Assembly: GCA_033762115.1 (NCBI GenBank)
Contig: JANRLX010000093.1
Location: forward strand, 52,320-116,319
DNA: 64,000 nucleotides
DNA from: Verrucomicrobiota bacterium
Lineage (GTDB): Bacteria > Verrucomicrobiota > Verrucomicrobiia > Limisphaerales > SXQI01
Direction of reading: 5' to 3'
Under the pieces are notes generated by a model, which did no database searches, was not told the DNA's origin, and saw only the letters and a list, made by a program, of their open reading frames with translations. Position 1 is the stretch's first letter; every line of letters begins with the position of its first letter. This document shows, one piece after another, positions 56,678 through 64,000 of the stretch. The position numbers and the translations under genes were made by a program.

Positions 56678-58437
56678 ACTCGAATGGAAATCAACTGGTA
56701 AGCGCGAACAGTTTCAGAAAAACCCTTTAACTTCATTTCTGGAAGCGCCGTTACCTGCATGACATCCCGGTTGCGTTCGTAGGTTTCCGCATCGATCACC
56801 ACTTCCATGCGCCCAGCCTGACTGCAAAGACGCGACGCGAGGTTCACTCTCGGGCCCAGGACTGTGTAGTTGAGCCGATCGGATGATCCCATTCTGCCTG
56901 CCAAGGCTTTTCCGGAAACGATTCCGATGCCGACCTGGATTTTATACTTCGAAGTCAGGCTCAAATTCTCCCTTGCCTTTATCATTTGCAAGGCGCAGCG
57001 CGCAGCATTCAACGAATCGTTCCCCGAACTTGTGGGGGCGCCAAAAATCCCCATGATCAGGTCACCTACAAATTTATCCACCACTCCATGATGTTCATAA
57101 ATGACCCGCGTCAATGGAGTAAAATGCTCATTCAACATGTGAATGACTTCCGGCGGTTCCATGTTTTGGGTCAGCGCGGTGAACCCGCGGATGTCGCAAA
57201 ACAGCACGCTCACATCCCGCTCTTCTCCTCCCAACGCAATTTTGCCGGACATCAAATCCTCAGCAATTCGTTTGTCCGCCACGAGATCAAGCACGCTACG
57301 ATACCGCTCTTTAAGCGCCAATCCAGTGGCCATCTGGTTGAATGATTGTGCCAGTTGCCCCACTTCATCGCTGCTTCGGACCGGGACTGAAATGGCGTAA
57401 TTACCCTCCTCGATTTCATGGGTGGCGCGTGCCAGTTCCCGCAGCGGCACTGATAGTCCATGCGAGAGAAAATAACTCAGGCCAAGCGCACCAAGTAATG
57501 CAAGTCCACCAAAAAGCAGGATTCGCCAGAGCAACTCCCGTTGCTGTTTCAGTGAATCCGCCAATGAAAATGCGCACACCTGGAATGCCGGGGGAAAACT
57601 CGAACCTGGATTCAGTTCCCTGGCAATTACCCAGTGCGGCTCTCCATTGATTGCCAGCGGGTAGCCCTCATTCCGGGCAAACTGTTCCAATTCCCGCCCA
57701 TGCAGTTCTGCTATCGCCGTGGCGCTGGCTTCCGGCAAGGTCGTCGAATGCAGCTTTTTTCCAAGAAGGATTCCTGTTTTCGTTTTTGTTGCGCCGCTTT
57801 CTGGTCCGTTCATTTCCGGGGCGGCATACCCCAGCACCATCGCTCCAAGCGGCAAATGTTCCACCGGATCAATGATTCGTGTAAACACCACTTCATGGAG
57901 GAGCGGAACGCCTTTGGAATTGATTGGGGCGAGATAACCCACCTGCTGCTGGGCCTGCTTTCGCATTGCTGCTGAGAGAAGCGCGAGTTGCTCTTCAAGG
58001 TTTCCTGCCCCTGCAACCTGGTACAGCCCCGCATCTGCATCGGGCGGGGTAATCACCTTTCCACTCGCATCCAAAAACCGAAAGAAGGATGGTTGTCGCA
58101 CCGAGCCTCCTCCGCTTCCCGGTTTCGACAACTCGTTTCGGGCATTGTCATACAAATCCTTTGCGGTTGAGAGGTCCTTTTCCTGCACGAACTCATTCAT
58201 CGCTGCGATCAGCCGAACTGAATTCACAAACGTGAGGCAATTTTCCTGCACGGCTCCCAGACGAGTGTCCTGTAACTGTGTAAAAAACTGGAACTGGGTT
58301 TGAAATTGTTCCCTGAAAATAGCCCGGTAAGCCGCCTCTACCTTTTGCCTCGTCACCAGCAGTGTCGCCCCTGTCACGCCGATCACCACCAATGCCATCG
58401 CCGCCAGCAGTTTGGACCGGAAGGAAAGGTTTAACAT
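56674..58437 (-). CDS. Membrane class III adenylyl cyclase with periplasmic sensor domain and HAMP
   Basis: Two TMs, HAMP (SSDEVGQLAQSFNQM), VLFCDIRGFT, DKFVGD, NYTVLGPRVNLASRL, LKG. Confidence 0.93.
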   Translation of the reverse strand: MLNLSFRSKLLAAMALVVIGVTGATLLVTRQKVEAAYRAIFREQFQTQFQFFTQLQDTRLGAVQENCLTFVNSVRLIAAMNEFVQEKDLSTAKDLYDNARNELSKPGSGGGSVRQPSFFRFLDASGKVITPPDADAGLYQVAGAGNLEEQLALLSAAMRKQAQQQVGYLAPINSKGVPLLHEVVFTRIIDPVEHLPLGAMVLGYAAPEMNGPESGATKTKTGILLGKKLHSTTLPEASATAIAELHGRELEQFARNEGYPLAINGEPHWVIARELNPGSSFPPAFQVCAFSLADSLKQQRELLWRILLFGGLALLGALGLSYFLSHGLSVPLRELARATHEIEEGNYAISVPVRSSDEVGQLAQSFNQMATGLALKERYRSVLDLVADKRIAEDLMSGKIALGGEERDVSVLFCDIRGFTALTQNMEPPEVIHMLNEHFTPLTRVIYEHHGVVDKFVGDLIMGIFGAPTSSGNDSLNAARCALQMIKARENLSLTSKYKIQVGIGIVSGKALAGRMGSSDRLNYTVLGPRVNLASRLCSQAGRMEVVIDAETYERNRDVMQVTALPEMKLKGFSETVRAYQLISIRV

Positions 58438-58441
58438 GCTT

Positions 58442-59104
58442 TCACTCGCCCTGCTTTCCTGCGAAGGAAACCGTCACGGTTTTCCCGTCCACCAGAGTGA
58501 CTTGCTTTTCATAGGACAACTTTTCATCGACCCAGGCTTTTAATTTGAATTCGCCTGCCGGCAATCCCTCCAGTTTGAAAGTTCCATTCGTGTCTGTTCG
58601 AGTAAAGTAGGGCGTTTCCAGCACAAGGATATTTGCGCGCATATGTTCATGAATTTCGCAATACAATTTCACCAATCCTGCCTTGTCGAATTTCTGCGAA
58701 GCTGGCTTTTCATCTTTTCGATATCTTCCCAAATCAAAGCGCTTCGATTTGGAATAGGAAAAAACATTGTGGTAATCGTCGTCGAAATTTGGAAATTCCA
58801 CCGTAGTGCCGACCCGGATCGGTAGAACCCCCGTGGTAAATTGATAGCCGCGCTGCCCCATCTGCACTGTCACGTTCTCCGTCGATTCAGGGAATTTCCC
58901 TTCCAGGTAAACCACAGCGACTACCGGTTCGGCTGGGCGCACCGTTCCTGCCGCCTTGACCTGATAGCGGGACCGTGCAATCGAAGCTGCCTTTTCCGCT
59001 TCGGTCAGATCAACCTTTCCTTCAATGGCTGCGCCGCCGATAGCGTTGGCTGCTGTCATGACGGAAACCAGCATCATGAGGAGAAAGGATGTTCCCTGCG
59101 GCAT
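58442..59104 (-). CDS. Exported cupredoxin-like protein with carboxypeptidase-regulatory-like C-domain
   Basis: Signal peptide; GTTVEFPN-x-D-x-x-YHNVFS, YCEIHEHM (type-1 Cu ligands), TDTNGTFKLEGLPAGEF. Confidence 0.8.
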   Translation of the reverse strand: MPQGTSFLLMMLVSVMTAANAIGGAAIEGKVDLTEAEKAASIARSRYQVKAAGTVRPAEPVVAVVYLEGKFPESTENVTVQMGQRGYQFTTGVLPIRVGTTVEFPNFDDDYHNVFSYSKSKRFDLGRYRKDEKPASQKFDKAGLVKLYCEIHEHMRANILVLETPYFTRTDTNGTFKLEGLPAGEFKLKAWVDEKLSYEKQVTLVDGKTVTVSFAGKQGE

Positions 59105-59110
59105 CCTTTG

Positions 59111-59140
59111 ATAATGAATGCCTCGTTCAACCCCCGTCAA
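59111..59140 (-). promoter_or_regulatory. Candidate promoter of the cupredoxin-cyclase-barrel operon (leaderless)
   Basis: TTGACG-18 nt-CATTAT, 6 nt before ATG 59104. Confidence 0.6.
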
Positions 59141-59145
59141 ATTGT

Positions 59146-59829
59146 TTATCTTCGTGGCAACCAGTTCTGCAGTTCAGCCGTGTGGATGAGGTTTACCAGG
59201 CGAACTCCGATAACCATCGCCGCTATCAGCAATGATGCCCCCGAAATGTGCGACATCATCACCAAAGTCCGTTTGGAAAACCTGCCTCGCCCCCGTCCAA
59301 CCAGATAACTTAACATCGCAAACCAAAGCATTCCCCCTGTAAAATTTCCTGCAGCGCAGGTGCCCTTGCTTGCCCAGTTGTCCTGAATCCAACCGTGGCT
59401 CAGGAAGGTTGCTGAAAGGGTGATCCAGAAGAGAAGTACGGCGGGGTTTCCCAGCACCCGCACAAAACCGATCCAGAATGCGGTGTGTGGATGGAACCGT
59501 TGCTCCACTGCTTCCATTGTTGGAGTTGTTGACGGAAGGTCCCGCACCAGAACGTACTTGAGCCCCAGGAAAAGCATCAGCAGAAAACTGATCAATTCCA
59601 TTGCCGCGCGCATTCCGGGCGTTGTGAATAAACTGGAAAAACCTGCAAATGCGAAAAGGCAATAAATCAAATCCATTACCATCGCGCCCAGGCCAACCAT
59701 CAACCCCCAGATAAAACCGCGCCGCGCTCCTTCATTGATGATTGCCACGTTGATTGGGCCTACCGGAATGCAGACCAGAAAACCACTGATCAGCCCCGTC
59801 ACTCCTGCTTTCACCAGCGATTCAATCAT
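59146..59829 (-). CDS. LysE-family translocator
   Basis: IPVGPIN, G-x-x-x-GLG, GNPAVLLFW, 6 TMs. Confidence 0.85.
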   Translation of the reverse strand: MIESLVKAGVTGLISGFLVCIPVGPINVAIINEGARRGFIWGLMVGLGAMVMDLIYCLFAFAGFSSLFTTPGMRAAMELISFLLMLFLGLKYVLVRDLPSTTPTMEAVEQRFHPHTAFWIGFVRVLGNPAVLLFWITLSATFLSHGWIQDNWASKGTCAAGNFTGGMLWFAMLSYLVGRGRGRFSKRTLVMMSHISGASLLIAAMVIGVRLVNLIHTAELQNWLPRR

Positions 59830-60656
59830 TCGGCTGCGGGGCTCTCCTCCTCATCTTCATCCTCGATTTCACGCCGCATTTTGCGCGAGATTCGAGGGCG
59901 GACAAACCCATACAGAAGATAAGCAGTAAACAATGTCGGAAGAAAAACAGGCAGTACCTTATCCCGGAAAATTAATATCACTCCGAAGAAAATCGCTCCA
60001 AGCACCAGTTTCGTGAACGGTTTTGTCGCGCGCAAATCCAGCTTTTTGAAGGATGGATACTTCACCTCGCTGACCATCATCATTGAAAGGAAGAGCAGGA
60101 TCACCGGCAGCAAATAACGCCATGGCCCCGCTGCCAGGCCTTTGTCATCCCACCACATGATGAACAGCGTCAATGAAGCCACCAGCCCCGCTGCCGCTGG
60201 AATCGGGAACCCCATGAACTCGCTATTCCCCGCATTTGGGGTCATCGCGGAAAGGCAATTGAACCTGGCAAGGCGCAACGCCCCGCAAATCAGGTAAATC
60301 GATGCAATGAACCAGCCCAGTTCCGGGTGCAGCACAAACACATCCTTTAAAACAATCCGATGCACGAGGAAAGCAGGTGCGGCCCCGAACGAAACAAGGT
60401 CAGCAAGCGAATCAAATTCCCTTCCAAAAGGGCTTTCCGCTCCACCCATCCGCGCCAGGCGACCATCCAGCAAATCAAAAATACAGGCCAGCAGGATGAA
60501 GAACAATGCATGGCGGATGATCGAATTAAAATTCGGCGCATTGGCATCCGCCTCCACGATTTTTGTAAGCGCCACAAAGCCGCAAAACAAATTTCCCGCC
60601 GTCATCAGGTTCGGCAGAAAGTAAATTTTCAGCTTTTGCTCGTTCCCCTCTGGCAT
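59826..60656 (-). CDS. pssA: CDP-diacylglycerol--serine O-phosphatidyltransferase
   Basis: LPNLMTAGNLFCG, DLLDGRLAR...FGREFDSLADLVSFG, ALRLARFN, GFPIPAAA. Confidence 0.92.
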   Translation of the reverse strand: MPEGNEQKLKIYFLPNLMTAGNLFCGFVALTKIVEADANAPNFNSIIRHALFFILLACIFDLLDGRLARMGGAESPFGREFDSLADLVSFGAAPAFLVHRIVLKDVFVLHPELGWFIASIYLICGALRLARFNCLSAMTPNAGNSEFMGFPIPAAAGLVASLTLFIMWWDDKGLAAGPWRYLLPVILLFLSMMMVSEVKYPSFKKLDLRATKPFTKLVLGAIFFGVILIFRDKVLPVFLPTLFTAYLLYGFVRPRISRKMRREIEDEDEEESPAAE

Positions 60657-60827
60657 GCTCAGGATTTTCCAATCAAATGTGGTTTGGTCTTTCCTGCGTT
60701 TTGCACCAATTCCTGTATCATGCTGATCACTTTAACCCTGTTCCCGACATTGAAAAGCGGATTCAGCCGCTCCAAAATAGTGTGAGCCTATCCTTGATCT
60801 TTAACTCCTTTCTGACTTTTTAGTGCC

Positions 60828-61409
60828 ATGCGTCGCATCACGGTCTTTTGTGGTTCCAATACTGGTCTAGACCCCTTATTTGCCCGGGCCGCAAAAACGA
60901 TGGGCTCACTGCTCGCCTCGAGAAAAATTGATCTGGTGTATGGAGGCGGCTGCATCGGGTTGATGGGAATCATTGCGGATGCCGCATTGGAAGCTGGGGG
61001 ACATGTCATCGGCGTCATTCCGGAGGCTCTGCTCGCACGGGAAGTTGCCCATCTTAAATTACCTGATCTTCGCATTGTCTCCTCCATGCATGAACGCAAG
61101 GCTCTCATGGCTGAACTCTCGGATGCATTCATCGCCATGCCGGGTGGCTTTGGAACATTCGAGGAATTTTGTGAAGTCATTACCTGGTCACAGCTTGGGC
61201 TCCATGCCAAACCGTGCGGTTTGTTGAACATCCAGGAATTTTACACTCCCATGCTGCACCTCTTTGACCACGCCGTTGCAGCTGGTTTCATCAACCCTTA
61301 TCATCGTGAGCTGGTGCTCAGCGAAAAAACGCCGGAGACGCTCCTTGCCAAATTCGAATCCTTCAAACCAGCTCCATCCGACAAATGGCTTTTAAAGAGC
61401 CAGACCTGA
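60828..61409 (+). CDS. LOG-family nucleotide 5'-monophosphate nucleosidase (TIGR00730)
   Basis: VFCGS, LVYGGG, MHERK, PGGFGTFEE. Confidence 0.92.
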   Translation: MRRITVFCGSNTGLDPLFARAAKTMGSLLASRKIDLVYGGGCIGLMGIIADAALEAGGHVIGVIPEALLAREVAHLKLPDLRIVSSMHERKALMAELSDAFIAMPGGFGTFEEFCEVITWSQLGLHAKPCGLLNIQEFYTPMLHLFDHAVAAGFINPYHRELVLSEKTPETLLAKFESFKPAPSDKWLLKSQT

Positions 61410-61499
61410 ACCGTTTTCCGTTGTTCCGGCCAGCTTTCTCATTGTCACTCTCTTTTCAAACGGGCATTTTAGAAATGGAGCGCCAGCCGCCTCAAAACC

Positions 61500-62057
61500 A
61501 TGACCGATCAACCATCCATATTGCCCCCGCGCCGGATTCGTAACCTGGCTTTGGTTGGCTTCATGGGCACAGGCAAGAGCACCATCGGTCAACTCGCAGC
61601 CCAGATCCTTTCGTTCAATTTTTTTGATACCGACCAGATGATCGAGGAACGCTCCGGTAAGCCTATCAACGCGATCTTTTCCGAGCAAGGTGAAGCTGTC
61701 TTCCGCAGTTACGAACAACAGGTCATCAAGGAGCTTGCCTCCTGTGATCATTGTGTAATTTCCACAGGCGGCGGCGTTCTGACCAATCCGGAAAACCTTT
61801 CCAGCCTTAAATCGCACTCACTTCTGGTTTGTCTTTGGGCATCCCCTGAGACGATTTACAATCGGGTCAAGCATCAAACCCATCGCCCCTTGTTGCAGGG
61901 AGCTGATCCCATGGCTAAAATAAGTGAGCTCCTGGCCGCGCGGAGGCCCCTTTATATTCAGAGCGATGTGCTTGTCGGCAGCGATTTTCGCTCTCCCAGG
62001 GAGGTCGCCGCCCATGTGGTGCATGAATTCCGCGCCAGCCTCAGCCGTTCTGTTTGA
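61500..62057 (+). CDS. aroK: Shikimate kinase
   Basis: GFMGTGKSTIG, DTD, GEAVFR, STGGG, RPLL. Confidence 0.95.
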   Translation: MTDQPSILPPRRIRNLALVGFMGTGKSTIGQLAAQILSFNFFDTDQMIEERSGKPINAIFSEQGEAVFRSYEQQVIKELASCDHCVISTGGGVLTNPENLSSLKSHSLLVCLWASPETIYNRVKHQTHRPLLQGADPMAKISELLAARRPLYIQSDVLVGSDFRSPREVAAHVVHEFRASLSRSV

Positions 62058-63115
62058 AAGATAGGATTGTCAACTTTGCTTTGGAACTTGGGTTTGATGC
62101 CTGCCGCGTGACCAGTGCGGAAAACCCGCTCACTGCCTCCTATTTCCTTCAATGGCTTGAGCGCGGGCATCATGGAGAAATGGCATATCTGGCCCGCAAT
62201 GCGCATAAACGAATCAATCCTCAACAGGTGCTTCCCGGCGCGCAATCCATTATTGTCCTGGCCGCCAGCTATCATCACGCTCAATCTTCCAGTTTGCCTT
62301 CTGAAGCGACCGCTCTTTTTGCGCGCTATGCACAACATGCGGATTACCATGATGCGCTCGCTGCTCCGTTAAAAAAACTCGCAGACCAAATTAATCATCT
62401 GGCAGGGCCGAACACCCGTTCACTGTGGTACGTCGATACAGGACCGCTTCTGGAAAGGGACATTGCACAACGAGCTGGTCTCGGATTCCAGGGAAAGCAC
62501 ACCAACCTGATCAGCCGGCAACTCGGCAATTGGTTTTTTCTCGCCGAAATCATTACGACTGCTGCCATTGAACCTGACCCGGCGGAGAAAAATCGTTGCG
62601 GTTCCTGCATCCGTTGCATCACAGCCTGTCCAACTGCTGCCATCACCGCGCCTTTCACTCTGGATGCGCGCCGCTGCATCTCCTACTTGACCATCGAACT
62701 CAAAGGTTCCATTCCCCTGGAACTGCGGCCTCTGATTGGCAACCGCATTTACGGCTGTGACGATTGCCTGGCCGCCTGCCCCTGGAACCGTTTTGCCCAG
62801 GCTGGTGCCTTGATGCAATCAATCTTCCGCCACGACCTTCAATCGGCAAATCTCATTGAATTGCTCTCTTTGGATGAGGCAGGGTTTAAGGAGAAGTTTC
62901 GAGGCACTCCCATCCTCCGCACCAAACGAAGGGGTTTGCTGCGGAATGTCTGTGTCGCCCTTGGAAATGTCGGCAATGAAACCGCTCTCCCCGCTTTGAA
63001 TCGGGCCGCTTCCGATTCCGAGCCATTGATCGCTGAACATGCCCGATGGGCCATGGACCAGATTAGTGCGCGACTGCAAACGGCTCCTCAGAACCTTTCA
63101 TCGTCCATTCCTTAA
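62054..63115 (+). CDS. queG: tRNA epoxyqueuosine reductase
   Basis: [52 protein letters not shown]. Confidence 0.96.
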   Translation: MKDRIVNFALELGFDACRVTSAENPLTASYFLQWLERGHHGEMAYLARNAHKRINPQQVLPGAQSIIVLAASYHHAQSSSLPSEATALFARYAQHADYHDALAAPLKKLADQINHLAGPNTRSLWYVDTGPLLERDIAQRAGLGFQGKHTNLISRQLGNWFFLAEIITTAAIEPDPAEKNRCGSCIRCITACPTAAITAPFTLDARRCISYLTIELKGSIPLELRPLIGNRIYGCDDCLAACPWNRFAQAGALMQSIFRHDLQSANLIELLSLDEAGFKEKFRGTPILRTKRRGLLRNVCVALGNVGNETALPALNRAASDSEPLIAEHARWAMDQISARLQTAPQNLSSSIP

Positions 63116-63182
63116 AAAAGATTTCCTTCAATCCCACCTTTTTATACCCTCTGCGCCACTGATCAATGTAACAAGTGCCACC

Positions 63183-64000
63183 ATGAGCAATACCGATCTC
63201 AAAAATAATTTTCCTAAACTCCACAATGCCATGTGGCCCGGCCTCGTCGGCAAGGGGAGTCCTGGGGCGGAACCTTCCATCAGCCTCGATACCATGCTCG
63301 AGTTGACTGCAAAAGCGACAGCGGACGGCCAGAAATTCGATGGCATCGACCTCTTTCTATTTGACCCGCATGTCAACATTGATTCCACGGACGATCAGAT
63401 CAAAAAACTCGCCGACAAAGTCCGTAAAAAGGGTTTTACTGTTGGCTCTGTCGTCGCTCCTGTCTGGGGGCCGACCGGTGGTGGTTCAGCCATGGGAAGT
63501 GCCGAGGAACGCAAAAACTTTGTCACTCAGGTCCAAAAAGGCTGCCGTATCGCCAGCAAACTTCGTGAACTCGGCATTCGGCCTTACGGTGTTGTTCGGA
63601 TTGATTCAGCCGCTGGTGTGCATGACTGGTCAGCCGATCCCAAAGGGAATACAAAAAAAATCGCCGCCACCTTTCGTGAAGTTGCCAAAGTTGCCAAAGA
63701 CCATGGTGAGCGCCTCGCCGCTGAAGGGGAAATCTGCTGGGGAGCCATGCACAGCTGGAAACATATGGTCGATCTACTCGAGGAAGTTGGTCAGCCCAAG
63801 CTTGTGGGCTTTCAGGCCGACATGGCACACACGCTTCTTTACACCCTCGGGTACAACGAACCTAAACACCGGATTGTTCCCAAAAAGTTCAACTGGGAAC
63901 CCTCTGAATTCCATGCCGCCATGCAGAAGCTCACCAAAGCGCTCCGCCCATGGACCCTTGATTTTCATGTCGCCCAGAATGACGCCACGGTCAAAGGCTC
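63183..64000 (+). CDS. Xylose-isomerase-like TIM-barrel protein (runs off the window end; absent from the ORF track)
   Basis: Read by hand from ATG 63183: [25 protein letters not shown]...[10 protein letters not shown]...GFQADMAH...DFHVAQND; no stop seen before the edge. Confidence 0.8.
   Translation, partial: MSNTDLKNNFPKLHNAMWPGLVGKGSPGAEPSISLDTMLELTAKATADGQKFDGIDLFLFDPHVNIDSTDDQIKKLADKVRKKGFTVGSVVAPVWGPTGGGSAMGSAEERKNFVTQVQKGCRIASKLRELGIRPYGVVRIDSAAGVHDWSADPKGNTKKIAATFREVAKVAKDHGERLAAEGEICWGAMHSWKHMVDLLEEVGQPKLVGFQADMAHTLLYTLGYNEPKHRIVPKKFNWEPSEFHAAMQKLTKALRPWTLDFHVAQNDATVKG

Noticed and set aside
23826..63115. folE, queG and tRNA-Tyr as a queuosine cluster
   Set aside because: Same pathway but tens of kb apart among unrelated genes.

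Overview
Gene-dense chromosomal window (roughly 50-55% GC by eye) with about 48 CDS and one tRNA-Tyr(GTA). No integrase, IS, prophage or CRISPR array is visible. Gene content (PVC-type CxxCH/ThuA protein, H-X9-DG pilin-like protein, TIGR03790 protein, 'S-x-x-L-x-x-W...FYRA' C-terminal domains) points to Verrucomicrobiota, probably subdivision 3 (inference). Contents: the end of a type II secretion/T4P-like operon (ATPase, GspL/PilMN-like, GspM/PilO-like, secretin), housekeeping genes (cysS, PPi-PFK, recN, folE, queG, aroK, pssA, bioF, Fpg-like, UvrA-like), lipid genes (LpxL-like, OlsB/OlsA-like, LptF/G) and several large exported proteins (alpha-2-macroglobulin, ThuA-propeller-cytochrome c, FN3/C25-like, Ig-like). 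Best candidates for undescribed biology: (1) a three-gene operon with its own promoter encoding a type-1 copper protein, a membrane HAMP adenylyl cyclase and an outer-membrane barrel; (2) a shared C-terminal putative sorting domain on two unrelated exported proteins, together with two gingipain/C25-like proteins lacking the canonical dyad; (3) Thr-Asn clustering in extracytoplasmic segments; (4) a sulfatase whose formylglycine Cys is replaced by Gly; (5) recurrent 18-bp-spacer promoters and apparently leaderless mRNAs. All family calls come from motif recognition by eye; no database search was run.
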